NCBI GenBank assembly: GCA_017521605.1
Contig: JAFXCD010000037.1
Location: 4,002 to 68,001, forward strand
Direction of reading: 5' to 3'
Source of the DNA: Lachnospiraceae bacterium
Lineage (GTDB): Bacteria; Bacillota; Clostridia; Lachnospirales; Lachnospiraceae
DNA: 64,000 nucleotides
Shown: positions 1 to 10,231 of the stretch, in pieces
Layout: each line of letters begins with the position of its first letter
How positions within the stretch are numbered: position 1 is the stretch's first letter
Translations under genes and position numbers: made by a program
The notes under the pieces: model-generated
Told to the model about the DNA's origin: nothing
What the model saw: the letters and a program-made list of their open reading frames with translations, nothing else
Databases searched by the model: none

Positions 1-6
1 GTCAAA

Positions 7-915
7 CTATTTCAAAACAATTACTTCCGGCTCCAAATCCACGCCGTACTTGTCTTTAACTTCACTCTGTACATGGGCAATCAGCGCTTCTACATCTGCT
101 GCGGTTGCTCCACCTTTATTAATTACAAAGCCACAATGCTTTTCTGACACCTGGGCACCACCTATCTGATAACCACGGAGTCCCGCATTCATGATCAAGG
201 CACCGGCAAAATGTCCCTCCGGTCGCTTAAAGGTACTTCCAGCACTGGGAAACTCTAAGGGCTGTTTCTCTCTACGCTTAGCCGCCAGCTCATCCATTCT
301 GGCTTTGATGGCTTCTGTATCTCCCTGTTGCAAGGTGATTCCCACCTCCACAGCAGTGAAATCAGAGTTCTTTATGGCACTGGTGCGATAACCGAATTGC
401 ATATCCTCATTATCCAGTTCCAAAAGATTGCCTTCTCCATCCACTACCTTTACTAAGGTCACCACCTGCTTCAGCTCTCCATCATAAGCCCCGGCATTCA
501 TTACCACACCACCACCGATGGTGCCCGGAATTCCGGAAGCAAACTCAAAACCGGTAAGTCCATTTTCTAAAGCCACTCTGGCTATTTTACTCATAGGAGC
601 TCCTGCCTGAGCGATGATGGTATTGCCTTCCACAGTTACTTCACTCATTTTTTCTGCAACGGCCATTATCACTCCCCGGTAACCCTCATCGCTTACCAGC
701 AGATTACTGCCATTCCCCAGCACAAAGTAAGGCATCTCCAGCTTTCTCAGATAATTCATCACCTTACTCAGCTGCTCTGCATTTTCTATTTGTAAAAGAC
801 AGTCTGCATTTCCACCGATACGAAAGGTGGTATGCTTGCTCATTGGTTCATTTAAGATGATATTCTCTGCAGGTAAAAAACTCTCCAATGCTTTTACAAC
901 TGTGGCACTAATCAT
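7..915 (-). CDS. murB: UDP-N-acetylenolpyruvoylglucosamine reductase
   Basis: HTTFRIGG, LGNGSNLL, GIPGTIGG, MNAGAY, PSAGSTFKRP, SEKHCGF motifs. Confidence 0.97.
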   Translation of the reverse strand: MISATVVKALESFLPAENIILNEPMSKHTTFRIGGNADCLLQIENAEQLSKVMNYLRKLEMPYFVLGNGSNLLVSDEGYRGVIMAVAEKMSEVTVEGNTIIAQAGAPMSKIARVALENGLTGFEFASGIPGTIGGGVVMNAGAYDGELKQVVTLVKVVDGEGNLLELDNEDMQFGYRTSAIKNSDFTAVEVGITLQQGDTEAIKARMDELAAKRREKQPLEFPSAGSTFKRPEGHFAGALIMNAGLRGYQIGGAQVSEKHCGFVINKGGATAADVEALIAHVQSEVKDKYGVDLEPEVIVLK

Positions 916-919
916 GTTT

Positions 920-1864
920 TTAGTTCCTTTCCTTTAACACCAAAGCTGCTGCGCCGAAAATACCGGCATCATTTCCCAAAGTAGCCAATGCCAGCTTCGC
1001 TTCCTTACAGCCATGGAATACATACTTTTCATATGCAGGACGAATATAGTCAAACAAAATCTCCCCCGCCTTGGAAACGCCGCCACCGATAACGAACATC
1101 TCCGGATTTACTACTGCTGCCACTGCAGCCAGTCCCTTTCCTAAATATTCACCAAACTGTTCTGCAATTTCAATAGCCACTGCATCCTTTTCCTTTACTG
1201 CATCAAATACTGCCTTAGCTGTTAATTTTTCTCCTCTTAAAACGCTGGGGGCATCATCCTTGGCCAATCTACGTGTTGCCAGTCGTACCACACCGGTTGC
1301 AGAAGCATATTGCTCCAGACAGCCCCTGTTCTTACAACCGCACACCTCGGTTTCATTATCTTCTATATGAATGTGCCCAATTTCACCGCCTGCACCTGTT
1401 GCTCCGCTAAGAATCTGTCCGCCTATAATAATACCACCACCAACACCGGTACCAAGTGTTACTGCCACCATATTGGAGCAGCCCTTACCGCCACCCTGCC
1501 ACATTTCACCGTAAGCAGCCACATTGGCATCATTTCCGGCTTTTACCTCCAAGTCCAAATAGCCTCCCAACACTTTTGGAATATTAAATACATCCCATCC
1601 CAGGTTAACAGCCTTTTGTACATTGCCTTCTGCATCAACAGGTCCGGGCACACCTACGCCCACACCTACTACATCCTCTTCTGTAATTCCTTTTTCTGCC
1701 ATCACAGCTTTAATACTATTTGCCACATCCGGCAAAATCTGCACTCCGTGATTCTCCTTTATAGTAGGAATCTCCCACTTATCCAGCACACAGCCTTCTT
1801 TATCAAACAAGCCTAATTTCACGGTGGTTCCACCGATATCTACTCCAAATGCATACTTCTTCAT
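920..1864 (-). CDS. glcK: ROK-family glucokinase
   Basis: GVDIGGT, NDANVAAYGE, TLGTGVGGG, GEIGH and CGCxxxGCLE ROK motifs. Confidence 0.9.
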   Translation of the reverse strand: MKKYAFGVDIGGTTVKLGLFDKEGCVLDKWEIPTIKENHGVQILPDVANSIKAVMAEKGITEEDVVGVGVGVPGPVDAEGNVQKAVNLGWDVFNIPKVLGGYLDLEVKAGNDANVAAYGEMWQGGGKGCSNMVAVTLGTGVGGGIIIGGQILSGATGAGGEIGHIHIEDNETEVCGCKNRGCLEQYASATGVVRLATRRLAKDDAPSVLRGEKLTAKAVFDAVKEKDAVAIEIAEQFGEYLGKGLAAVAAVVNPEMFVIGGGVSKAGEILFDYIRPAYEKYVFHGCKEAKLALATLGNDAGIFGAAALVLKERN

Positions 1865-1878
1865 AACAGCCTCCCTGA

Positions 1879-2814
1879 TTAATCTTCTTCTCTTTTTCTG
1901 GTTAAGGATTTCTGCACTCTTGCGTACAGCTCCTGTGCCGCATTGTAACCCATCTTCTTCTGGCGATGGTTAACAGCTGCAGACTCACAGATCACCGCCA
2001 GGTTACGTCCCGGACGGATGGGAATATTGTGGCAAACCACTTTATTCCCCAGGTATTCTGTATAGCTTTCTTCCAAGCCTAAACGGTCGTATTCTTTTTC
2101 CTTGTCCCAATCCTCCAGGCGGATTACCAGATCAATGGACTGGGTATCCTTTACAGAGGATGCACCATACAATGCTTTAATATCAATAATACCTATGCCA
2201 CGCAACTCTATAAAATGCTTGGTAATATCCGGTGCACTACCGATTAGGGTTTCCTCACTCACTCGGCGGATTTCTACCACATCATCGGTTACCAGACGGT
2301 GTCCACGCTTTACCAACTCCAGTGCCGCCTCAGACTTACCGATACCGCTTTCTCCGGTAATCAGCAGGCCTTCACCAAATACATCCACCAGTACACCATG
2401 TACGGAGATACAGGGGGCCAGCTGTACATTTAACCAACGGATGGTCTCTGCCATAAATGCAGAGGTTGTCTGCTTGGTAGACAAGATTGGTATATTTCTC
2501 TTAGTAGCAGCTTCCAAAAAGTATGCATCCGGCTGTAAATCTCTACAGTATACAATGGCCGGAATATCATAGGACAGAAGCTGGTCATACATTTCATGCT
2601 TTTTTGCTTCATCCAGCCCCTCCAGATAGGTATGCTCCACAAAGCCGACTACCTGCAGACGAGCCGCATCAAAGTGCTCAAAAAAGCCTGTCAGCTGTAA
2701 TGCCGGACGGTTTAAATCCGTCTGGGTAAGGCGCTTTGCACTGACATCCACATCTGTAGTAAGGTTTTCCAGTTTCATCTTTTCAATTAATTTCTTTAAA
2801 CCAATACTTGCCAT
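1879..2814 (-). CDS. hprK: HPr(Ser) kinase/phosphorylase
   Basis: NRPALQLTG, GESGIGKSE Walker A, LVTDD, ELRGIGII, PGRNLA; start moved to the ATG at 2814 behind GAAAGGA. Confidence 0.97.
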   Translation of the reverse strand: MASIGLKKLIEKMKLENLTTDVDVSAKRLTQTDLNRPALQLTGFFEHFDAARLQVVGFVEHTYLEGLDEAKKHEMYDQLLSYDIPAIVYCRDLQPDAYFLEAATKRNIPILSTKQTTSAFMAETIRWLNVQLAPCISVHGVLVDVFGEGLLITGESGIGKSEAALELVKRGHRLVTDDVVEIRRVSEETLIGSAPDITKHFIELRGIGIIDIKALYGASSVKDTQSIDLVIRLEDWDKEKEYDRLGLEESYTEYLGNKVVCHNIPIRPGRNLAVICESAAVNHRQKKMGYNAAQELYARVQKSLTRKREED

Positions 2815-2900
2815 AATTTCTACAGTCCTTTCTGCGTTCAATTACTGTAACTATAACACAATCCTTTCGTGGCTTCAATTAGAAAAAACGCATAATTTCC

Positions 2901-3168
2901 ATCCGAATATGCTTATTGATACCCCACCACCTATACGCAAAAGACAATGAGGAATATAATATCCTACCGCAGGATGCTCTCGCTTCGTGCAAAACGTAAC
3001 AAGCACTTTGAGAATTGCTTCGCAATTCTCTCCAAGTTTGCTTCGCAAACTTTACAGCTCAGCAAATGGATACGGGCTGACGTTTTGCAAGACCTTGCTT
3101 GTAGGAAATTATGTCCCTATTGCCTGTATTTTTAGTCTGTTATTAAGTACCTATAAGCATATTCGGAT
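2901..3168. repeat. 268-bp fold-back element (MITE/REP-like) with perfect 16-bp terminal inverted repeats
   Basis: ATCCGAATATGCTTAT (2901-2916) and ATAAGCATATTCGGAT (3153-3168); nested internal stems and GCTTCGC-capped hairpins. Confidence 0.7.
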
Positions 3169-5039
3169 TAATTATTCTTTCCTCGAAAAAATCTATAAAT
3201 CCCTTCAGCTACGCTGCGGTTCATCTCGGGAATTTCCAGTAGTTGGTCAACTTCTGCGCCTCGGATTTCTTCCAGGGATTTGAAGTGGCGCATAAGGGCC
3301 TTGCGGCGGGCAGGGCCTACGCCCGGAATGTCGTCCAGCACGGATTTCACCTGGTCTTTGCTACGTAAGGAGCGGTGATACTCTATGGCGAAACGATGGG
3401 CTTCGTCCTGGATACGGGTAATCAGCTTAAAGCCTTCCGAACGGGTATCAATGGGTAGCTCCACATTGTTAAAATACAAACCTCTGGTGCGGTGATTATC
3501 ATCCTTTACCATACCGCAAACAGGGATGTTGATATGCAGCTCCTCCAGTACGGACAACGCAATATTTACTTGTCCTCGACCGCCATCCATTAGGAGCAAA
3601 TCCGGGAATTTGGTAAAGCTGCCATAGACAGTGTCGATATTCTGCTCTACCAGTTCTTTCCCCTCTTCCATGCCGTGGAGGAAACGTCTTGTCAGTACCT
3701 CCCGCATGCAGGCATAATCATCAGGACCGGACACGGTTTTAATCCGGAATTTCCGGTAATCGCTCTTTTTCGGCTTACCCTTTTCATAAACCACCATGGA
3801 ACCTACATTCTCAAAACCACTGATATTGGAAATATCAAAGGCCTCCATACGTTCAATGCCGGGCAATCCAAGTAAGTCAGCAATCTCTTTCACAGCTCCG
3901 ATGGTGCGACCTTCCTCGCGCTTTAAACGTTCCTTATCCTGACTCAAAATCAACTTGGCATTCTGGGCCGCCAGCTCTACCAGCTTTTCCTTAGTGCCGA
4001 TTTTGGGCACCTTCACATACACCCTACTGCCCCGGCGTGTAGTCAGCCATTGTTCAATCAGCTCTAAATCTTCTATTTCATATTGCAGCATCAACTCCCT
4101 GGGTATAAAGGGGGTGCCAGCATAAAACTGCTTTATAAAGTCCTCCAGAATCTGGGGCTTCTTTTGACCTGACACATGCGTCATATAGTAATGTTCCCGG
4201 CCAATCAGCTTGCCACCGCGGATAAAGAACACCTGCACCACAGCCTCTGCCTCATCCTGATACAGTGCCAGTACATCCTTGTCCTCCAAATCACTGTCTG
4301 TAATCTTCTGCTTCTGGGATACCTGCTTCACACTATTAAGTAGGTCACGATACTTGGCAGCCTCTTCAAACTCCATATTTTCTGCTGCCGCCAGCATTTT
4401 GGTCTCCAAATCCTTCTGTATGAGGCCATAATTACCGTTTAAGAATTCCATGGCGCCTGCAATCTGCTGCCGGTACTGCTCCTTGTCTATATACCCTTGG
4501 CAAGGTCCCAGACACTGCTTAATATGATAATTTAAACAAGGCCGCTCTTTGCCGATTTCCTTCGGCAGACTTCTGTGACAGGTACGTAGCTGATACAATT
4601 TATTCAGAAGCTCTATGGTGTCCTTCACGGCTGCCGCACTGGTATAGGGACCGAAGTATTTGGATTTATCCTTTTTCATCTCTCTGGAAAACAGTATGCG
4701 TGGGAACTCCTCCCCCAAAGTCACCTTGATATAAGGGTAGGTCTTATCATCCTTTAGCAAAGTGTTGTACTTGGGACTATGCTCCTTAATAAGGTTATTC
4801 TCCAGCACTAAAGCCTCCAGCTCCGAATCCGTTACAATATATTCAAACCGAGCTATCAAAGTCACCATTTTATCAATCATGGGGCCACGCCCAATATTCT
4901 CACGAAAATAAGACCTGACACGGTTGCGCAGGTTTATAGCCTTGCCCACATACAATATGGTATCGTGAGCATCTCGCATAATATAAACTCCCGGCTTGGT
5001 AGGGAGCTTTTTCAGTTCTTCTTCAAAGTTGAAACCCAT
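3168..5039 (-). CDS. uvrC: Excinuclease ABC subunit C
   Basis: GIY-YIG N-terminus (PGVY...[16 protein letters not shown]), UVR domain, [19 protein letters not shown], HhH. Confidence 0.98.
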   Translation of the reverse strand: MGFNFEEELKKLPTKPGVYIMRDAHDTILYVGKAINLRNRVRSYFRENIGRGPMIDKMVTLIARFEYIVTDSELEALVLENNLIKEHSPKYNTLLKDDKTYPYIKVTLGEEFPRILFSREMKKDKSKYFGPYTSAAAVKDTIELLNKLYQLRTCHRSLPKEIGKERPCLNYHIKQCLGPCQGYIDKEQYRQQIAGAMEFLNGNYGLIQKDLETKMLAAAENMEFEEAAKYRDLLNSVKQVSQKQKITDSDLEDKDVLALYQDEAEAVVQVFFIRGGKLIGREHYYMTHVSGQKKPQILEDFIKQFYAGTPFIPRELMLQYEIEDLELIEQWLTTRRGSRVYVKVPKIGTKEKLVELAAQNAKLILSQDKERLKREEGRTIGAVKEIADLLGLPGIERMEAFDISNISGFENVGSMVVYEKGKPKKSDYRKFRIKTVSGPDDYACMREVLTRRFLHGMEEGKELVEQNIDTVYGSFTKFPDLLLMDGGRGQVNIALSVLEELHINIPVCGMVKDDNHRTRGLYFNNVELPIDTRSEGFKLITRIQDEAHRFAIEYHRSLRSKDQVKSVLDDIPGVGPARRKALMRHFKSLEEIRGAEVDQLLEIPEMNRSVAEGIYRFFRGKNN

Positions 5040-5092
5040 TGTTATTCTCTCGCTCTTTGCTTCTTGTTTGATGAGATTTCTCTTACCTCATT

Positions 5093-5121
5093 ATTTTATC
5101 TGTACCAATAGAGACTGTCAA
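5093..5121 (-). promoter_or_regulatory. Sigma-A promoter of the uvrC-hprK-glcK-murB run
   Basis: TTGACA-17 bp-TAAAAT on the minus strand. Confidence 0.7.
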
Positions 5122-5128
5122 CTACCAC

Positions 5129-5168
5129 AAAAAGGGAGGGGAAACTGCATTCCGCAGTCCCCTCCTTA
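5129..5168 (-). terminator. Intrinsic terminator closing the accessory array
   Basis: Imperfect GC-rich stem AGGAGGGGACTGC/GCAGTTTCCCCTCCCT followed by a T-tract on the minus strand. Confidence 0.65.
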
Positions 5169-5172
5169 GCTT

Positions 5173-5415
5173 TTAACTGGCTCTCTTTTCATCCCAAGGG
5201 AAGTAGCCTTGGCTTTTCTTTCTTAGCTGCTTCAGTATGGTTCTACTTTTTTCATCCGAAAGCGGCATGAAACACTCCTCATAGCCTGCATAATAGAACA
5301 AATAGCTGATACCGGTTTCCTTGTCCAGCCAAATCTCTGCACCTTTGTCACTATCTACATTATCGGCCTGAGAATAAACCCTCATATACCTACTGGTTTT
5401 GTTTGTCATTTTCAT
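5173..5415 (-). CDS. Small hypothetical protein, DUF6440-like
   Basis: VYSQ...IWLDKETGISYLF pattern; RBS GAGGAG before the ATG at 5415. Confidence 0.6.
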   Translation of the reverse strand: MKMTNKTSRYMRVYSQADNVDSDKGAEIWLDKETGISYLFYYAGYEECFMPLSDEKSRTILKQLRKKSQGYFPWDEKRAS

Positions 5416-5587
5416 TCTCTCCTCATAAAAAACTAACAACTTGTTATGTTATTATTATAATGGAGAAAAAAACAACCTTCCATTCTACAAATACGCACGA
5501 ATCAATGCCTTAATGTGCTATTCGTGCCATTTTCATATTCTGTTACATTATGCAAAATTAATCTTTCACTCATAAAGTAATACTCCA

Positions 5588-6187
5588 TCATTGGTCTCCA
5601 CAACCTATTATCTTCTCTATCTTTAAATACAATTCCGAATAAAAACTTTTAATCTCAGTTAAATTTTCCATTTCGCCAAGTGGTATTTCCTCAGCATCCT
5701 CATAAACCACTTCCTTTTTTATAATACCTCCCTCAAATACACGAACCGCCTGAAAAACACCATCAAGAATAAAGTTGCTACCATCAAGTATGTGCTTCTC
5801 GGGCAAATATTCTAACTTAGCAAGCAAAACATCTACAAACGCCTTATCAAGATATTTGATGCCACAAACAATTCTTCCTCTTAAAATATTAGCTTTTCCC
5901 GACTCTACCGAATCACGGAATCTATACATAAATATATCCTCTTCATCCAGTACAGAATGTAATATTGGCTTAGCATACAAGATAACATAACCTTTATCTG
6001 TTTTATACAACTTAGTATAAAAAGTTTGATGGTTATGGGATGGTAGCGCATATATATCGCATATGATTTCTTTTTCAGATACATTCAGCAAAACCTCTGA
6101 TAATGCTTCATTTGCCAATTCTATATCATATAAATAGTTTGCATATTGTTCTTCTTGATACATCTTTAACATATCTGGTTTATCCAC
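5588..6187 (-). CDS. Hypothetical protein (accessory)
   Basis: 199-aa AT-rich ORF with RBS AAGGTGA. Confidence 0.7.
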   Translation of the reverse strand: MDKPDMLKMYQEEQYANYLYDIELANEALSEVLLNVSEKEIICDIYALPSHNHQTFYTKLYKTDKGYVILYAKPILHSVLDEEDIFMYRFRDSVESGKANILRGRIVCGIKYLDKAFVDVLLAKLEYLPEKHILDGSNFILDGVFQAVRVFEGGIIKKEVVYEDAEEIPLGEMENLTEIKSFYSELYLKIEKIIGCGDQ

Positions 6188-6498
6188 ACTATATCACCTT
6201 CTTCTGTGTCCTTTTTTATTTTGTATGCATTATCTGCTACATGATGTAAGATTTTCTTAATCTCTGATATGCTATATTTCATTGGTACATAGTATATTTG
6301 GTATTCCGTATTATCCAGTTCACAAACTGTATTTAAGTCTGCCACACAGGTCATTCCGCAGGCATCGCATTTTGCACCAAAGACTCCATCCAAAAATTGT
6401 ATATTACTTTTTTCCTCATGACAATTCAGACATTCGCTTGCAGGAAGTAGCTTTTGGTCATACATATACATTATACAGTTCATACAATAATTTTCCAT
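6166..6498 (-). CDS. Cys-rich hypothetical protein, possibly 3'-truncated
   Basis: Three CxxC pairs; RBS GAGGA; stop codon lies inside the next gene. Confidence 0.6.
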   Translation of the reverse strand: MENYCMNCIMYMYDQKLLPASECLNCHEEKSNIQFLDGVFGAKCDACGMTCVADLNTVCELDNTEYQIYYVPMKYSISEIKKILHHVADNAYKIKKDTEEGDIVWINQIC

Positions 6499-6514
6499 AT
6501 TCTTATTTATTCCT

Positions 6515-7039
6515 CTATATTACCTTATCATCCGTTATGCATATAAAATAATATTGTAATGGTTTTTCACAATAAGCACATTTTTTCGTCTTAAATACTG
6601 GCGAAATAGGTGGAAATTTGTTATCTGTACCGGCATAAAGATAGGAATTTGTTCCAGCCAGTGGCATAATAAACTTATCAGTATTATTTTGTCTACACTC
6701 CATACACACCCAGTTATCACGAATATTCACATGATAATAAACATCACCATCTTTATAACAATTAATGGGTTCCCACCATAAATGAATCCTCTTTGAATTC
6801 CTTTGTTCTGCAAATGCAAAAAATATTCTGGTTGGATTGCTTTTTGCTTCTTTGACAAGATATTGCATATGTCTTTTTATAAATTCTACGAATTCAATAG
6901 TCTTTGAACGGCCTTGGCATACCATGGAAAGTACTTCTGAATCCGACAAAATATCATCCAAATATTCCGGTGAAACGATGCAAGTCTTTACCCCATCTAT
7001 CTCTCTAATTTCCCTGCAATAACGCTCAAATTGTTGCAT
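6515..7039 (-). CDS. Hypothetical protein with two C-terminal CxxC pairs
   Basis: Likely start MQQFERY at 7039 behind GGAGG; CMEC and CAYC. Confidence 0.65.
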   Translation of the reverse strand: MQQFERYCREIREIDGVKTCIVSPEYLDDILSDSEVLSMVCQGRSKTIEFVEFIKRHMQYLVKEAKSNPTRIFFAFAEQRNSKRIHLWWEPINCYKDGDVYYHVNIRDNWVCMECRQNNTDKFIMPLAGTNSYLYAGTDNKFPPISPVFKTKKCAYCEKPLQYYFICITDDKVI

Positions 7040-7187
7040 ATAATGCCTCCAAAACTTCTGTATCATAAGGAAAACACCAACCCATAAAATCAATTCCATC
7101 CACCACTTCATCTTTTCCCCAATATATGGAACGACCACTCTTAATGTATCCTCTTTCCAATTCTTCACCACAATATGGACATTTCAT
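7026..7187 (-). pseudogene. Truncated MKCPYCG zinc-ribbon gene (PF20097/DUF6487-like)
   Basis: MKCPYCGEELERGYIKS start typical of the family; no second CxxC; runs into the RBS of the next gene. Confidence 0.5.
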
Positions 7188-7189
7188 AT

Positions 7190-7393
7190 TTATATAAAAA
7201 AATCCAACAGCTCCCAAAACCATTCCTTGATTTTCTCACCTGTTGCCAAATATGCAATTCCGCTAAAAACCATAACCACAACTCCAATCCAAAACAAAAT
7301 ATATCCTTCTTCCGAGAAGAAATTTGATAGTACAATCATTATAGCACCAAGTGTGGCACATACACCTGATATCCTCGATATAATCTTTCGCAT
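7190..7393 (-). CDS. Small two-TM membrane protein
   Basis: 67 aa, two hydrophobic helices, RBS AAGGAG. Confidence 0.65.
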   Translation of the reverse strand: MRKIISRISGVCATLGAIMIVLSNFFSEEGYILFWIGVVVMVFSGIAYLATGEKIKEWFWELLDFFI

Positions 7394-7456
7394 AGTTAAC
7401 TCCTTTTATCCCCCCAAAAAAATCGAAATTATGATGTAACAAACTCACAACACCAC

Positions 7457-8896
7457 CTAATGTGTCGCCAACCACTCGTCGATTTCTTCCTGATAGGGCA
7501 GTTTAAAGAAACTTTTATCCACAGGTATCATATCCAGATTACCATCCAGCACCTCTGCAGCAATAATCGGCTCCATATCAATTCCACGTTCCTTTGTCAG
7601 CCTCATAAAAGCATATGTCCACATATCCACCATCGTACGATTCAAATCATACATTTGCCTATCTTGCCGAATCCTCTGCAAAAGGAACTTCCGAATTTCC
7701 TTCTTGTCATTCTGTAAAATTGCTAAGACTATTTTCTTTCTGTCACAATCCTCCCATGCCTCTACCAAGTGATATATTTCTTGACTGCTTCCACCTGTCA
7801 AAATCTGAAGTAAGGGAGCTGTCCACGGCTTCTCCTTCTCACAGGAAAAAGCTTGGATTTCGGGCAACATCCAATCCTCTCCGGAAGCATAAGCCCCCAA
7901 CATCCAAGAAAACACCGGCAGAGAGTCGCCCTTTTCATGCCTTTCAAAATAAGGAACCCACTTAACAGGATATCCTTTCTCTCGAAGCTGATAAGCACGC
8001 AGCCACGTCAATGCACTTAAATACCAAAAACCTCTCGCACGCTTAGCATCTCTATGCTCAATATAATCCGCCTCTGCATTCAGCCGATACACCACATCCA
8101 TCACGTAGCACAAATCCAGCAGATTCTTCTCCAGATAATATTTTGCATATGCACCATTCTTATGCATATCACACTCACGGCCAAGTACCCACTGCTCCGG
8201 CGTAGAATGTAATAACCATGCATTATCGCTGTCTTTCTTCTCCCTGTCAAAATCAATAGATGTGACACGGATTTCCGGAAGCTTCTTTTTGCCAGGCTTT
8301 TCAATTTTCTGTTTTGGTCTATGGGATAAATAATCTTCCCCTAAAAGTGGCTCGCGATTTCTAGTACCAAACTCCTCTAAAAAACTCTTTTTCTCCTTTG
8401 CAGGTATCTCCGCCAGTTCTTTTGCCATTTCTATGTGATTTGTCAAAGACTTTTCTAATAACAGCTGCCCCTGTTCTGATGGTAAACCTGTCACCTGTAT
8501 GTACTTCTCTACAAAAGCAACCTGCCGTTCCTGCATTCCTAAACAGCACTTTTCATCCTTTTCTGATACTGCGTAAAAGAACTCCTGTATATCCTGCACA
8601 AACTGCAAAGCCAGCTCCTCCCAGCCATCTCTGGGTGTAAAAAAACTTTCCTCCACTGCCAAAATGTACTGCTCGTCCATGGAATACCCTGTAGCCGCAG
8701 CCTTCCAAAAACGTTCCACAGTCTTTTTCAAAAACTTAGACATATCAAAAAATCTATCCTTTGCCAGCTGCTCATAAACCTCATATTCTTGCTTTATACA
8801 AACAGTACCAAAGGCTACAAATTTCCAGAAATGAGTCTTCTTCATGATTTTTGATACTTCATTAAAGTTTACTGTATATCTTTGTAAATTACTCAT
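7457..8896 (-). CDS. Helical hypothetical protein; C-terminus resembles Imm49-type immunity proteins
   Basis: 479-aa ORF, RBS GAAAGG; C-terminal AILQND...AFMRLTKERGIDM pattern (weak recognition). Confidence 0.5.
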   Translation of the reverse strand: MSNLQRYTVNFNEVSKIMKKTHFWKFVAFGTVCIKQEYEVYEQLAKDRFFDMSKFLKKTVERFWKAAATGYSMDEQYILAVEESFFTPRDGWEELALQFVQDIQEFFYAVSEKDEKCCLGMQERQVAFVEKYIQVTGLPSEQGQLLLEKSLTNHIEMAKELAEIPAKEKKSFLEEFGTRNREPLLGEDYLSHRPKQKIEKPGKKKLPEIRVTSIDFDREKKDSDNAWLLHSTPEQWVLGRECDMHKNGAYAKYYLEKNLLDLCYVMDVVYRLNAEADYIEHRDAKRARGFWYLSALTWLRAYQLREKGYPVKWVPYFERHEKGDSLPVFSWMLGAYASGEDWMLPEIQAFSCEKEKPWTAPLLQILTGGSSQEIYHLVEAWEDCDRKKIVLAILQNDKKEIRKFLLQRIRQDRQMYDLNRTMVDMWTYAFMRLTKERGIDMEPIIAAEVLDGNLDMIPVDKSFFKLPYQEEIDEWLATH

Positions 8897-9008
8897 GTTT
8901 TACCTTTCTATTTACTGACTTCCAGAACTGTCTCTGATTTGTATTTAACTATACCATCCCAACTTTCTCTAAATCTACACTTCTCGCTTTTTATCGGGAT
9001 AATAAAAA

Positions 9009-9476
9009 CTAGACATATAAAAACTGCCACTCAGTCACCATTCCGATTATCGTGAACACTATAGCTAAAACTCCCCATGTCAGGAAATACATCTTAATCC
9101 ATGGTTGCTCACGAACACCTAACTGACTTGCCGGCATTGCTTTTTTCGGATTCTTGATATAATACAGATTTACCGTATCCGACAATCCCCAATGAGATAC
9201 TAATCTGGTTTTACATTTTTTCCCTTTGTGCTCATAAGTATATATACCGACCCTTGCTCCGTTCCAATTTCCATCCTTGTCCCGGTCATCATATGTTTTT
9301 TGAAGTTTTGCATTAATAACATGTCCGTTATCTTTTGCTTTCTGCAATAACTTCTCACGAATAAACGGCACATAAAATGCAATTCTCAAATACACCATAA
9401 TCGGTGTCGCAAAAATAGCAAAAAATGGTGCCATGAAAACGCCAATCAATGAATATGCTAATATTTTTACTCCCAT
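9009..9476 (-). CDS. Membrane protein (TM-beta domain-TM)
   Basis: Hydrophobic N- and C-terminal helices; RBS GGAGG. Confidence 0.7.
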   Translation of the reverse strand: MGVKILAYSLIGVFMAPFFAIFATPIMVYLRIAFYVPFIREKLLQKAKDNGHVINAKLQKTYDDRDKDGNWNGARVGIYTYEHKGKKCKTRLVSHWGLSDTVNLYYIKNPKKAMPASQLGVREQPWIKMYFLTWGVLAIVFTIIGMVTEWQFLYV

Positions 9477-9533
9477 GCTCTACTTTCCTCCAAATGTTCA
9501 ACTTCATATTTCTCTTCCACTATTACACTACCT

Positions 9534-9945
9534 TTAACTACACTGTGTAAAAAACATCCCTATATCGTTTGCATCAGGTTCTCTATTTAAGAAAAAATAT
9601 CCAATAGAATCATTTAAATAGAATATATCTTGAAATTCTTCCGGAAAGTCTCCACCATATATCTGCAAACAAAACTGATAATCATCAACTTCCATGATAG
9701 ACAATGGAGTCCAAAAAATAATCCTCTAGATTGTAGGTCGTAAACACTGAAATCATCTTATCTTTTGGGTAATGGTAAGCTAATTTATCATTTAAGAAAT
9801 TGGTGGGAATATTTAGTATCAAAACCATTTTTTCTCCATTTGGATTAATCGGCCATTCCATACCCTCAGGTAAAAAACTCATACCACCAATACGCATAAT
9901 ATTTTCTTCATTACCTGCCAATTCAAATTCTATCTCTTTGGACAT
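9534..9945 (-). pseudogene. YwqG/DUF1963-like gene with internal deletion and frameshift
   Basis: N-part RIGGMSFLPEGMEWP stops at 9685; C-part DDYQFCLQIYGGDF...GYFFL...GMFFTQCS* continues in another frame to 9534. Confidence 0.65.
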
Positions 9946-9980
9946 TTCTTATATGTACCTCCTTACCTATTTCTTCACGT

Positions 9981-10155
9981 TTAAAAAATTTCCGGCTTTT
10001 CAAAATTAATTAAAATATTGTTGTTATCACACAGTTCTTTGAACAACTCTGTCACAACAAAATAAGACGAATACTTCCTTATCATCCTTGTAAAAGCCGG
10101 CCATATTGTCAGGATGATTGAGGGTTGTAGTTATTCTATACAGTTTTCGTGACAT
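9981..10155 (-). pseudogene. Gene remnant with start and end only (C-terminus Imm11/DUF1629-like)
   Basis: RBS AAGGAGAGG plus MSRKLYRIT...; out-of-frame tail YFVVTELFKELCDNNNILINFEKPEIF*; span 175 nt. Confidence 0.5.
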
Positions 10156-10231
10156 TGCTAATTTCCTCTCCTTTATTTGTACTTCTTTTCTAATTACCTT
10201 TCAACTATTTCTGTTATTATTTTTCCTGCAT

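Noticed and set aside
2901-3168. 6S RNA
   Set aside because: Longer than typical, with a multibranched tip and perfect terminal IRs; I cannot see supporting 6S motifs.
2947-3283. Short plus-strand ORFs between hprK and uvrC
   Set aside because: They run across the fold-back element and into uvrC antisense with no recognisable protein features.
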